From Octopus vulgaris (lineage: Eukaryota), in NCBI GenBank assembly GCA_951406725.2, contig OX597822.1, positions 52,390,001-52,454,000 of the forward strand: a stretch of 64,000 nucleotides of DNA, in the 5' to 3' direction. Position numbers and translations under genes: made by a program. The notes below the pieces were generated by a model that made no database searches, had not been told where the DNA came from, and saw only the letters and a list, made by a program, of their open reading frames with translations. Shown here one piece after another: positions 11,560-25,245 of the stretch. Positions within the stretch are counted from its first letter, which is position 1, and every line of letters starts with the position of its first letter.

Positions 11560-14198
11560 AACATTCCAGAGAGGGGGATTTGAGAAGTGAAGGGGAGGAA
11601 GGAACGTTTAACATTCCACAGAGGGAGACTTGAGAGGTGAAGGGGAGGAAGGAGAGGAAGGAATGTTGAACATTCCAGAGAGGGGGATTCCTCTCTAGAA
11701 TGTTCAACATTCCTTCCGCCCCTTCCACCCTTTCACTTCTCAAATCCCCCTCTCTGGAATGTTCAGCATTACTTCCGCCCTTCCTCCCCTTCACTTCTCA
11801 AATCAACCTCTCTGGAATGTTCACCATTCCTTCCTCCCCTTCACCTCTCAAATCACCCTCTCTGGAATGTTCAACATTCCTTCCTCCCCTTCCTCCCCTT
11901 CACCTCTCAAATCGCCCTCTCTGGAACATGCAACATTCCTTCCCCCCTTCCTCCCCTTCACCTCTCAAATCCCCCTCTCTGAAATGTTCAACATTCCTTC
12001 CTCCGCTTCCTCCCCTTCACTTCTTAAATCCCCCTCTCTGGAATGTTCAACATTCCTTTCTCTCCTTCCTTTCCTTACCCTCTCAAATCCCCCTCTCTGG
12101 AATGTTCAACATTCCTTCTCCCCTTCCGCCCCTTCAATTCTCAAATCCCCCTCTCTGGAATATTCAACATTTCTTCCTCCCCTTCACCTCTCAAATCTCC
12201 CTCTCTGGAATGTTCAACATTCTTTCCTCCCCTTCCTCACCTTCACTTCTCAAATCCCCCTCTCTGGAATGTTCAACATTCATTACTTCTTCAGCTTCTT
12301 CACCTTCCCCTCTCAAATCCCCCTCTCTGGAATGTTCAACATTCCTTCCTCTCCTTCCTCACCTTCCCCTCTCAAATCCCCCTCTCTGGAACGTTCAACA
12401 TTCCTTTCTCTCCTTCCTCCCCTTCACTTCTCAAATCCCCCTATCTGGAATGTTCAACATTCCTTTCTCCCCTTCCTCCCCTTCACCTCTCAAATCCCAC
12501 TCTGGGGAATGTTCAACATTCCTTCCTCCCCTTCACCTCTCAAATCCCCCTCTCTGGAATGTTCAAAATTCCTTCCTCCCCTTCCACTCCTTCACCTCTC
12601 AAATCCCACTCTCTGGAATGTTCAACATTCATTCCTTCCCTTCAACTCTCAAATCATCCTCTCTGGAATGTTCAACATTCCTTTCTCCCCTTCCCCCCCT
12701 TCACCTCTCAAATCCCACTCTCTGGAATGTTCAACATTCCTTCCTCCCCTTCACCTCTCAAATCCCCCTCTCTGGAATGTTCAAAATTCCTTCCTCCCCT
12801 TCCACTCCTTCACCTCTCAAATCCCACTCTCTGGAATGTTCAACATTCTTTCCTTCCCTTCAACTCTCAAATCATCCTCTCTGGAATGTTCAACATTCCT
12901 TTCTCCCCTTCCTCCCCTTCACTTCTTAAATCTCCCTCTCTGGAATGTTTAACATTCCTTCCTCCCCTTCACCTCTCAAATCTCCCTCCCTGGAATGTTC
13001 AATATACCTTCCTCCCCTTCACTTCTCAAATCCCCCTCTCTGGAATGTTCAACATTCCTTCCTCCCCTTCACCTCTCAAATCCTACTCTCTGGAATGTTC
13101 AACATTCCTTCCTCGCCTTCCTCACCTTCCCCTCTCAAATCCCCCTCTCTGGAATGTTTAACATTCCTTCCTCCCCTTCCTCCCCTTCACTTCTCAAATC
13201 CCCCTCTCTGGAATGTTCAACATTCCTTCCTCTCCTCCACCTCTCAAATCCCCCTCTCCGGAACGTTCAACATTCCTTCCTCCCCTTCCTTCCCTTCACT
13301 TCTCAAATCCACCTCTCTGGAATATTCAACATTCCTTCCTCCTCTTCTTCCCCTTCTCTTCCCCTTCTCTTCCAACATTCCTTCCTCCCCTTCACCTCTC
13401 AAATCCTCCTCTGGAATGTTCAACATTACTTCCTCCTTTTCCTCCCCATCCCCTCTGAAATCCCTCTCTCTGGAATGTTCAACATTCCTTCTTCTACTTC
13501 ACCTCTTAAATCCCCCTCTCTGGAATGTTTAACATTTCTTCCTCCCCTTCCTCCCCTTGACCTTTCAAATCCACCTCTCTGGAACTTTCAATATTCTTTC
13601 CTCCCCTTCCTCCCCTTCCTCCCCTTCCTCCCCTTCACCTCTCAAATCTCCTTCTCTGGAATTTTCAACATTCCTTCTTCTCCTTCCTCACCTTCCCCTC
13701 TCAAATCCCCGTCTCTGGAATGTTCAACATTCCTTCCTCCCCTTCACCTCTCAAATCCCCCTCTCTTGAATTTTCAACATTCCTTCCTCCCCTTCCTCCC
13801 CTTCACCTCTCAAATCCCCTTCCCTGGAACGTGCAACATTCCTTCCTCCCCTTCCTCCCCTTCACCTCCCAAATCCCCATCTCTGGAATGTTCAACATTC
13901 TTCCTCCCCTTCCCCTCTGAATTCCCTCTCTCTGGAATGTTCAGCATTCCTTCCTCCCCTTCACCTCTCAAATCCCCCTCTCTGAAACGTTCAACATTTT
14001 TTCCTCCCCTCCTCCCCCTTCACCTCTCAAATCCACCTTTCTGGAATGTTCAATATTCCAGAGGTGAAGGAGAGGAAGGAGAGGAAGGAATGTTGAACAT
14101 TTCAGAGAGAGGTATTTGATAGGTGAAAGGGAGGAACATTCCAGAGAGGGGGATTTGAGAAGTGAAGGGTGAGGAGGGAATGTTGTTCTGAACTTTTC
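11560..14198. repeat. Minisatellite, about 50-59 bp unit (GGAATGTTCAACATTCCTTCCTCCCCTT[CCTCCCCTT]CACCTCTCAAATCCCCCTCTCT), roughly 45 units, inverted at both ends
   Basis: Directly visible; units at about 11560-11690 and 14055-14198 are in the opposite orientation to the central block. Confidence 0.95.
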
Positions 14199-14603
14199 CA
14201 AGTGAAAAAACGTGTACTGTAAATTTCCAGGTTTATAATCTTAAGAACTTTATCTCTCTTGCTCGTTTTTTCCATATAATATAGACATATATACAGCCAC
14301 ACACACATACATACACACACACACACAAAGAAACACACTTGTATATACATATATATATTCATATATAAGCATTTACATATATATATATATATGCACACGT
14401 TTGTGTGTGTGTGTGTGTGCTTATATGTATATGTGCATACATGCATATGTTTTCACGTTATGAGGATGCGTTGTTACAATGAAATATATGATTGTGATTT
14501 CGTCTGAGACAGGGATAACGAAAAGGAATGAGATGACAGAAGAAAAGGCTAGGAAAAAATTGAACATAATCAACGCTCGTGAACTCATACATTTTTTACT
14601 TAC

Positions 14604-14801
14604 AATCTTTCACTATGAAAACCTCATTAGTATCAAAGCTGTAATAGACGCTTTCTGAGCCACCGTTTTCCCACTGAGTAATCACGCCACGCAAACCCGG
14701 ATGGTCATAATATTCCACAAATGACGTAACCTCTTTTTTGTCCTCGAAAGTTGCTTCTAAGTTGAAATAAAATTGGTTTGGTATCTTAATAAATGGACCC
14801 A
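14604..14801 (-). CDS. Gene A coding exon 2: (V)GPFIKIPNQFYFNLEATFEDKKEVTSFVEYYDHPGLRGVITQWENGGSESVYYSFDTNEVFIVKD
   Basis: Acceptor tttcatttcAG at 14802-14803, donor GTAAGT at 14598-14603; 198 nt, phase 1 to 1; P.QF and YYD...R motifs as at the start of ependymin-like domains. Confidence 0.92.
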
Positions 14802-15326
14802 CTGAAATGAAACCAGATCATATGGTTTGATTAGTATCTAGAAGAAACAACAAGAACTAGTACAACATATACATTTGCTTTGTTATTAGTTTGATACGGT
14901 CTTTATTTTGCTGGTTGTGATGTTTGTAAAGATAGCAGTGTTAATTTAGTAGACTAAAGAATTTTTCTAATACTCCAATGTGGAAGGGAGGGCATATTGT
15001 CCTATAGACAGAAGTTGCAACATCGCTTGCAGGATTCGAATGCGTCATCTGTTCTAAGCTGTATAGCTTACGATAACACCACAGAATGAATGTAATATTA
15101 GAATAATCAAGCCGTCAACAATGACCGCTGATGTTTTATTAAACTTTGTGATAATTACATTTTGGCTTGCATGTCAGAATATTCGATTTTTCCAATTGGA
15201 GGTATTGATGAAAAATGTACATGACGACAGTTGCTAATGAGAGCGAATGTAAATAAAAATACCAAATTAGCGGGAAAATACAGGAAAACAATAACTATAT
15301 TTAACATTCTCCAGATATTATACAAG

Positions 15327-15551
15327 TTTACTCTTTTACTCTCTTTTACTCTTTTTCTTGTTTCAGTTATTTGACTACGGCTATGCTGGAGCACCGCCTT
15401 TTAGTCGAGCAAATCGACCCCACGACTTATTCTTTGTAAGCCTAGTACTTATTCTATCGGTCTTTTTTGCCGAACGAGGACGTAAACATACCAGCATCGG
15501 TTGTCAAGCGATGTTGGGGGGACAAACATAGACACACAAACACACACACAC

Positions 15552-15587
<36 letters not shown>

Positions 15588-15747
15588 GACAGGCTTCTTT
15601 CAGTTTCCGTCTACCAAATTCACTCACAAGGCTTTGGTCGGCCCGAGACTATAGTAGAAGACACTTTCCCACGGTGCCACGCAGTGGGACTGAACCCGGA
15701 ACCGTGTGGTTGGTAAGCAAGCTACTTACCACACAGCCACTCCTGCG
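15327..15747 (-). mobile_element. tRNA-derived SINE family A (CORE-like ACCTTGGGCAAGT, internal (TA)n(TG)n)
   Basis: Near-identical to copies at 28882, 36633 and 46970; A-rich AAAAGAGT tail. Confidence 0.9.
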
Positions 15748-16362
15748 TTTGAATATTTTAATATGTACAATACGTTATCAATGACTCAGTCGTTATTTTA
15801 CATGTAATTTTCCACAAAAAATATTCTACCTAATCTGACAAATGTTGTACATGTATCTGCCAAAATATATGCATATTTACACATGGGTACATGATCTTAC
15901 AAACCTGTTACATACATTTTCTAAAAGTTTTCAGAGGACAACAGGCTTAGTTTGTTCAAAGTTGCGTTTTTACAAGTTTGACATATTCCATGCAAAAACT
16001 ATAAATGTATATAATGAGCGTTATTGTTCACCTTCGCTACAACAGTTCCTAATATTTCTTGTATTCACATGAAGAAGAACCAACACACCTTGGCCTTCTG
16101 AATTTGCAGCATCTAAATTCAGTTTACCTTTGTTTCTTGCTTGTGTGTGTGTGTGTGTGTGTGTGTGGAGCTTTTTGTTTTGATTAAAACCAGAAATACA
16201 AGAGGAACATATCAACAACGAAAGGTCTTCCCACTTCCAGTTGTACACGGACGTGTTAAATATGATTATACGCGCCTCTATTTTATTCAAAGCTGCTTTG
16301 TTCGACTTTAATTTATCTAGTAATGTATATTTATTGATTTATTTATTTATTATTATTATTAT

Positions 16363-16445
<83 letters not shown>

Positions 16446-16447
16446 TT

Positions 16448-17000
16448 GAGTAAGAGAGCAAAGCATGCCATCAAAATGACATTGGGGTACAAATATACTA
16501 AGCCCAATATACCCATCATGACTACCCGTCTGATTAGTGTACACTAGGTAGATGCATCACAACCATATGTGCGCGACATGATGATCTCATAAGATAAACA
16601 GCGCATGATCTTGTAGGTGAGGCCCAGCTAGAATTTTCTTCAGGTCGAGTAGCCCATCCTGCTCAAAAGGGCCCTGAATAAGATTTATTTTAAGGATGAT
16701 GAACGAAACATCCATTTTCCAGAGGTGAATTATTCAAACCCCAAGGAATCCCTCTCAGCACATGGCTATGATGCTCTCCCACTACTTCCGCTTGTGATCA
16801 GAGATGCACATATAGTCAGCCACTAAGGGACATGGTCAACTGGTTATGGCCAAACAACTGACAAGCAAATCTGTGATATTGAGCAGAATATTTGCTGTAG
16901 CCCATCTTTTATACCTAGACAAAACAATGTACATGATAACACTTCCAATCAGTTAAGATCAGAAGCCATGAGAGCCACTGTCTGGTACTGCATCAGGGCA
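16448..17000. repeat. Unclassified interspersed-repeat-like block between (TAG)n and (TAA)n tracts
   Basis: Sharp compositional boundaries with triplet microsatellites on both sides; no protein motif recognised. Confidence 0.4.
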
Positions 17001-17003
17001 TTA

Positions 17004-17070
<67 letters not shown>

Positions 17071-17140
17071 CATCATCATCATCATCATCATCATCATTAC
17101 TATCATTATTATCATTTAAATGAAATAATAAAACGTTTAC

Positions 17141-17246
17141 CTTCTCCTTCCGGAGAAATCGGTTTCTCACAAACATCCTTTGAATATGTATTTTTGAAGT
17201 TATGTAGACAAAGACACACCATGAAAATAAAAGACAGGAATTTCAT
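17141..17246 (-). CDS. Gene A coding exon 1, signal peptide: MKFLSFIFMVCLCLHNFKNTYSKDVCEKPISPEGE
   Basis: ATG directly after a strong acceptor (ttttttcttctatttttcAG); donor G|GTAAAC; 106 nt, phase 1 fits exon 14604-14801; MK plus hydrophobic core; too short for the ORF track. Confidence 0.88.
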
Positions 17247-17599
17247 CTGAAAAATAGAAGAAAAAATATAAAGTAAGTCATTAAGAAGAACGATAATTAA
17301 TAATTCGCCGAAGAATGTTCCTTAATTTTACTTGTTTACATTAACTTAGCGTTTGAGTTCAAATCCCACTTGTATTCAACGTTCTCATTCATCCTTTGTG
17401 ATCGATAATCGATATCAACTATTACTAATCAGTCAGTATAAGTCGATACAATTGACTGCTGCCAGGAAACATTCTGACCTAGTCTCTTATTAACAAATTA
17501 TTATTAGTCTGCGAAATGTTTGGTGCTGTTTAATTATTAGCTCGTAGGGATAGCTAACCCCTTCCTCTCGTTTGTAACTTTTTAATATTGAGGCATTTA

Positions 17600-19350
17600 A
17601 AAACAAAGTTAAACCTAAAACTACGTCTTTCTCCAAAACTTCCTAATCTCTAGGAGTTTTATGGTTTAGAAGGTTTAAAGACGATATACCTCATTGCCTT
17701 GGCAGGCTATTCGAACTGTCGAGATCAATATCATTTAGTTTTAGCTTTAATATCCTAAGACGATCCCTTAAATACGTTTCCAAAGAGAATGTCAAGGAAC
17801 TGGCGTTCTCGTAAGGAAGGGTTGCCGGAGGGGTTCAATGGGGGAGTAGTTGATCGACGAAAGACAGTTGTGGTTACGAGTGGAAAGCAAATCTGTGTAT
17901 AGAATTCGTGAATGGAAGCGGTATACGGTTATCTCATAAAGAGGAGCAGAAGCCATTATAATGTGCAAAAATAGGCAGGGAGGTTGAGCATAGAAATGCC
18001 TGAAGGTTATAGACTGTTGTGTATTGTTGAGTGAATCTTTGCTAATCAGTCGGATAACCTTGTTTTGAAAGCTGCCAAGTATGTTTATGTGAACAACAGA
18101 TTTACTGACCCATATGTAAGAAGATTACCCCCCATTGTACGAGCTGCTTGAATTTGTAAAGGATAATCAATTTACCATTGCTAAAGTAGTTTCTTGCCCT
18201 AAATTAGAAAGTCTTTGGGATGCAATTTCAGTTATGTTAGGATATGTAGACACAATGGAAGAGACTATCAAAAATTGAGGTCGAGAATTTAAAATAGTTT
18301 TGAAAATTTTTATTTGCGAAGTTGTCCAAGCATATATTAAGGTGAAGTACAATAATTACTTTTTTATACGAGCAATGTTTATAAACTTGCATTGTGGTAA
18401 ATGTCTAAATTATCATGACAGCATTACAAGAAATATTATAGGACTTTGTTCAAGGTTGCAGTGCAAGTGTTGCAGATAGCACCTAGCCTATACGAGAACG
18501 ATACCTGAATACAAAATGGTTAAAGAGGGGTGAAGGGTATTAAACACTGCAACACTGCAATGGAATGAGCTTCGTTAGATATCACAGCAAAAAGGTCGAA
18601 AACGTACATGAGGAAAGGTGTGCAGATCATAATTGAACCTTAAAGCACACCAAGGTTAGTTGATAAAGTTCATATCACATAGATTGTAAGTTAGTGCATG
18701 TTGTGATAGGGCAATTTTACAGAAAACTTCTACTTCAATATAGTGGGGTAAATGTCATGCCAAGAACGGTTAAAAGCATTTCTGCTTTTTTATGGAATGC
18801 AACAATATAGCTCTCACAGAACTTCTCAGGATATGCGACTACTGCTGAGTGGTTTGCGAGTGCTGTTCTCCGGCAGATATAATTTTACGGATGCCGCGAT
18901 GGTGGTCACTAATGAAGGATAGAAGGTGTCAGGGAAGAGGACTGTCAATAGCAGTCCTCAGCATCTTAGTATGCTGAAGACTGCTGGGTGCTCAATCTTA
19001 GACGGAGTCAAATAGGTTACTCTTCTTGGGAGTGACACATTGTACTATGTTTACAAAGACTAAGATATATCTAGGAGAGGGGCGGGAAAGAGGTGAAAGA
19101 ATTTAGCGGGAGACAACAGTTGGCTCTAGACTACACTGGTAATAGTGGAAGGGACATTGTCGAACCAGTGACCTTATTACTTCAAATGATCAGAAGTATT
19201 CCGCCCTTTGTATGTCAGTGTATGTGGCGGTGGGACACATACAGTGAAGAAGCAAATCTTTTGAGGAGTTTCTTTAAATATATCCATTGCAAATATTGCT
19301 GCTTACTCCATAAGTGCATTGCCTACATACATACCACCATAATATATGCT
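17600..19350 (-). mobile_element. Possible very old LINE remnant (endonuclease-like traces)
   Basis: Only faint motif echoes (KGGILLII resembling GGGVLI); no intact frame. Confidence 0.25.
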
Positions 19351-19953
19351 ACCATATTAAATGAGATATAGCATGTAAAATAATTCCGTGCAATTGATAA
19401 ATATCTTTTTTTATAAGAGATTAGAACAACTGACAGAAATTTAGACGAGAAAGTACTGAGGGACTGCAGCGCACAAAATCATCTCTTGCTTTACAAATTT
19501 CATCTAGCCGTGAGCAAGACAGGTACCTACGTCAAACTTTATCTTCTTTAGACTTCGTACACATTGGATAGAGAGATATCGGAAACCATCCGTCTTTAAG
19601 ACCTTTGAACTCGACTTGAACATATTCATATCTTATCTCTGTAGAGTCGCCACGTTAACAGTACTAAGCAGAATTATCAAGCACACACACACACATACAC
19701 TCATACATACACACACAGACACACAAACATATTATCATTAATCTTTTACTGGTTTCACTCTTTACACTGCGGCCATGCTGGGGCACCATCTTGAAGAATT
19801 TTTAGTCGAATGAATCGACCGCAGTAATTATTAGATTTTTTAACTGGCACCTACTCTCTTTTGCCAAAGTGCTAAGTTACAGGTACATAAGCGCATCAAC
19901 ACCGGTTGTCAAGCAGTGGTGTGGGACAAATACGGACACAAAGACACACGTGC

Positions 19954-19954
<1 letters not shown>

Positions 19955-19984
<30 letters not shown>

Positions 19985-20076
19985 TGTATATGTGTGTTTA
20001 TGTATATATATATATATATATATATTTTATATATATGTATATATATATATGTGTATATATATATGTATACGTATAC

Positions 20077-20119
<43 letters not shown>

Positions 20120-20302
20120 CACATACACCCATAGGTGCAGGCATGGCTGTGTGATAAGAGCTTTCTTCCCAACCACATGCCTCAGGAGTCAGTCCCACTG
20201 CGTGGCACCTTGGGCAAGTGTCTTCTACTATAGCCTCGGCTGACCAAGCCTTGTGAGTGGATCTGGTTGACAGAAACTAAAATCTATCTGTCTATCTATC
20301 TA

Positions 20303-20344
<42 letters not shown>

Positions 20345-20533
20345 AGAGAGAGAGAGAGAGAGAGAGATGGATAGATAGATAGACAGATAGATTTTAGTTT
20401 CTGTCAACCAGATCCACTCACAAGGCTTTGGTCAGCCGAGGCTATAGTAGAAGACACTTGCCCAGGTGCCACGCAGTGGGACTGACTCATGTGTTGGGAA
20501 GAAAGCTTATCACACAGCTCCTCTATGGGTGTA

Positions 20534-20618
<85 letters not shown>

Positions 20619-20654
20619 ACGTATACATATATATATACACATATATATATATAC

Positions 20655-20703
<49 letters not shown>

Positions 20704-20768
20704 AACATACATACATACATACATACATACATACATACATACATACATACATACATACATACATACAT
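19955..20768. repeat. About 800-bp palindrome centred on (TA)n near 20330, each arm with a SINE A 5' half and microsatellites
   Basis: 20200-20317 is the near-exact reverse complement of 20345-20490; flanking microsatellite interruptions are mirrored. Confidence 0.85.
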
Positions 20769-21158
20769 AGGCACAGGAGTGACTGTGTAATAAGAATCTT
20801 GCTTCCCAAACGCATGGTTCCGGTTTCGGTCCCACTGTGTGGCACCTGGGGCAAGTGTCTTCTACTTTGGCCTCGGGCTGACCAAAGCTTTGTGAGTGGA
20901 TTTTAGAGACGGAAACTGAAAGAAAAGCGTCTTCTATATAAATATATATGTATGTATTTGTGTGTCTGTGTTTGTCGCCTCCACCATCGCTTACCAACCG
21001 ATGTTGGTGTGTTTACGTCCCCTTGCTTATCGGTTCGGCAAAACAGACCGATAGAATAAGTACCAGGCTTACAAAAATAAGTCCTGAGGTCGGTTTGCTT
21101 GACTAAAGACGGTGATCCAGCTTAGCCACTGTTAAATTACTGAAACATGCGAAAGAAT
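20769..21158 (+). mobile_element. SINE family A, diverged full-length copy
   Basis: Head, core and tail align with the other family A copies. Confidence 0.85.
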
Positions 21159-22806
21159 ATATATACATGTATTACTAACAACTTGAAGAATATAGTGATT
21201 CTCATACTGATAATATTTTAAACTATAGAAGCATTTGCAGCGGGTCAAACAGTTTATTAAAAAAAACTGGCTCTTTGCAAAGTAAAAATAATGTTAATAC
21301 TGAAAAATATACAGGATGTTTTACTGCAGCAGAAATGTACCATTTTGTTGCTATCTAACTACAGTTAAAGGCGCACAAGAAAAGTAAAACAGCTATTATT
21401 CTGCGGAATGTAAAACAAGTTCATCCTAACTCCGAGTAGAAATAAAATTCATTTAGCTACGTGTATTTGCCTTGTTAGTTCAAGTCTCGATTAAGTTTAT
21501 ATTTTTCTCTACACCAGATTGATAAACTAATGACACTAACAGATTAAAGCTAGGTCAATTTTTTATATCTTTTCTGTACTATACTCATTGAAAGAGTTTC
21601 GTTTCGCGAAAGTTAGAAATCATCATAATTATTATTATTATTATTTATATTATGATATATATTTTCGTCTGTATAAGTATGTATGTATGTATGTGCTTGC
21701 GTATAAGTATGTATGTATATAAAGCATAAAGTCAGGAAGATTGAAAGGTGAAGATTTATTTGCCATATGACTTCCATATGATCACGGCCGTTTCGTAATC
21801 TTCTTCGTATAGTGTTAATTTCAGTATGCAGAAAATGATACGTTCACGTTTGCTTTGATATGTATACTCAACATTATACAATAGAATAGTATATTCACAA
21901 ATAAAAGCAAACAAAGAAACCTAGCTCATTACATTGCTAAAACGTTATGATTGCATCATATTATTTTGTGTTATATGGTCATTAAATGGCGAAATTGTTA
22001 GAACATCGATTTGAAATATTTAGTTACATTCTCTTTTATCGTATTTCCAAATCCTGTAATGAACAACTTTGCCTTTCAGCTTCCCGAGATGCATCAAATA
22101 AAGTAGCAGTCCAATGCGGGTTCGATATAGTAGACTGTTCCCTCCCTCCCTTCAAATTATCTGACCATGTGCTTCGCAGCGTTTCGTCTGTCTTTACGTT
22201 CTGAGTTCAAATTCCACCGAGGTCGACTTTACTTTTCATCCTTCCGGGGGGTCGATAAAATAAGTATTTGTTGAGAACTGATGGCCGATGTAATCGACTA
22301 TACACTTCCTCCAAATTTTCAGGTTTTGTGCCTATACTAGAAAAGATTATTATTTTCATTATTGTTGTTGTTATGTATGTGGTGAGTTGACGGAATCGTT
22401 AGAGCGTTCAGTAAAAGTGTGCTTAGCAGCATTATTTCCGGCCCTTTATGGTCTGATTACAAATCCTGTCGAAATTCAAACTTTTACTTTCATCATTTCA
22501 GAGTTCCAGCCAGGCACTAGGATTGATGTTACCCATTTGTCTACTCCCTTCAAAATTGCTAGACTTGTTCTAGAATTAGAAAGAATTATTGTCATTATTA
22601 CGTGGCAGAAGCGTTAGAACGTCAAACAAAATGCCTTGTGGTGTTTGTTTTGGTTCTCTACATACGTTCTCTTGAGGTCAACATAACTTTGCATTCCTGC
22701 ACTGTCTATTAAATGAAATACTACTCAAGTACTTGAGTCAAGCCATCCTCTGCTCATAAATTTATGGATTTATGCTTTATTAGAAATCATTATTGTTGTT
22801 GTTACA

Positions 22807-22839
<33 letters not shown>

Positions 22840-22983
22840 ATTGTTGTTGTTTGGCTTGTGCAGTAGAAAACAGCTATAACACCACCATCAACAACAACAA
22901 ACGGAGTTCGGCAAAAGAGGCCGATAGAAAAAGTAAGGACCAGGCTTACAAAGAATAAGTCCTGAGATTGATTTTCGACTAAA

Positions 22984-23037
<54 letters not shown>

Positions 23038-24344
23038 TCCTTGGAAAATATACCCTTAAAGATACAAAAGAACATGATGGAGTGATTATTGCAGCAATGC
23101 ATTTGAGAATAGGATCATTGAATCATAGGATCAAATCATGTCTGTCAAGGATGATTTGACAGATAAACAATAGTAATAATTTCTGTTAATTTTAGCTTAA
23201 TGTTTCGAGTCGTTATTCTAGCGATAATAATTTTAGAAATGTGAGATAGATCTGTATCATCCTATCCTGACGGAAGTTTATCTCATATAACGTCATCTTT
23301 AAGGAGCAGCGGAAATAAGATCGGAACTATTGTTACTTGGCCGATTTCGCCTCTCGTAAATTAAGTAGCGGATTACAAATACTGGTGGGGAGGGGGTGTT
23401 AAGTAATTTCTATTTTCATCTGGGAAGCTTTATTGAATTCTCAACTGTTCTAAACCACTACTGTTCTAAATTGCTCTAAACTGTTACATTCGTATAGCGA
23501 TTCCCGAAGAATATAGGACGGTATTTGAATTCGGGATCTAACACATCATAAATCAATAATTTTAATACGCCAATTTGTTTTTTGTACGTACCTGACGCGC
23601 GTGTCACGCTTAAGAGAAAGAAACTGATGAAAGAAATTTTGTTGCTTAAATAAAACTTTTTAACTAGATCTTTTGTAATTTCTGGAAGAGATTTGAAAGC
23701 ACCACCTATATGCTGTATTACCACTTCTCAACGCCCATGCCTACGGGAAAATTAAGATACTTAAATTTGACGCGTGTGTCGAACTAGGGAGAGATGAAGT
23801 GAGAAAGAAAGAGAGAGAGTGAGAGGGAATGGCTGAATTCCTTTGAATTCCTTTCTACGATTGAACTGAAACTGACCCCTGGCTATTAAAGGCCAACCAC
23901 ACACACATACACACATTTGTTTTAGGTCTTCTACCCATTTGAATTCGGTTATGCACCGGATAACCTTTTCCGAAATTTAAATTTTGAATTTGTTTTAATT
24001 ATACAATTACACCTCAGCTAAAAAAAACATCTTTTGGTTTTCAAATACAATCTTTTCTTTCTCTTTCTGTACTTTTGTTAAGTTACAATTTCTCTGTTTT
24101 GGTCAGGATTTGTCTAATTTCTTTTTTTTTTTCATTGTATCAAGTAATGGTTGAAACCATTAAAAAAAATCAAAAATATTAATTCTATTTTCTACCTTTC
24201 CTTAATACTAAAAAGTGCATAATATGAGATTGATTTGGCTGTTATTTCTAGCAAATTGAACAACCACACAAAGACGTTCAATTGGCGCATTTGTTGATGT
24301 ATATATAAGTAAACAAAAACTAAAAGACACACACACACACATAT

Positions 24345-24565
24345 GTATGAATGTGTCTGTATTTGCCCCCCCCCCGAACACCATTGCTTGATAACCGATG
24401 TTGGTGCGTTTGCGTCCTGTAACTTAGCTGTTCAGCAGAAGAAACTGATAGAATAAGCGCCAGGCTTACAGGGAATAAGTTCAGGGGTCAATTTCTTCGA
24501 CTAAAGAGTGGTGCTCCAGCATGGCCACCGTCAAATGACCGAAACAATTAAAAGAATAAAAGAAT
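24345..24565 (+). mobile_element. SINE family A 3' half
   Basis: ggtgctccagcatggcc...aaaagaataaaagaata tail. Confidence 0.75.
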
Positions 24566-24739
24566 ACGAGAAAAACGTTCCGTACCACTAAACCAAGAAG
24601 GTTCTCTGAATATGTTCGATGTATTTTAAGGCTAAATAGTAATTCTGTTTACGTTTGATTAACTGAGATATATTGGTTGGATTATATAGTTATCGGTTTT
24701 ATACTTCTTTTTATATTCTGTAACTGTCACAATATACTT

Positions 24740-25245
24740 TTCTACTATAGACACAAGTCCTGAAATTTTTGTGGGGAGATGACCAGTCAATTAGATTGAC
24801 ACCAGTACGCAACTGGTACTTAATTTATCGACCCCGAAAGGATGAAAGACAAAGTCGACCTCGGCAGAATTTGAACTCAGAACATAAAGAGAAGCAAAAT
24901 ACCTATTTCTTTACTACCCACAAGGGGCTAAACACCGAAGGACAAACAAGGACAGACAAACGAATCAAGTCGATTACATCGACCCCAGTGCGTAACTGGT
25001 ATTTAATTTATCTATTTCTTTACAAGCCCACAAGGGATACACACAGAGGGGACAAACAAGGAGAGACATTCGGATTAAGTCGATTATATCGACCCCAGTG
25101 CGTAACTGGTACTTTTTTAATCGACCCCGAAAGGATGAAAGGCAAAGTCGACCTCGGCGGAATTTGAACTCAGAGCGTAACGGCAGACGAAATACGGCTA
25201 CGCATTTCGCCCGGCGTACTAACGATTCTGCCAGATCGCCGCCTT
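24740..25245 (-). mobile_element. Head-to-tail multimer of SINE family B
   Basis: Three partial or complete units with repeated core and tail. Confidence 0.85.

Noticed and set aside
11700-14119. Long ORFs (up to 409 aa) and a CRISPR-like look (palindromic repeat plus spacer)
   Set aside because: All frames are open because the repeat is stop-poor; the spacers are near-identical, there are no cas genes, and the context is eukaryotic
15159-15310. Possible extra gene A exon or signal-peptide-like ORF
   Set aside because: Weak donor and no suitable start; exon 17141-17246 joins exon 2 with much better signals
15327-15747. SINE heads as functional tRNA genes
   Set aside because: No complete cloverleaf; multi-copy with SINE bodies and tails
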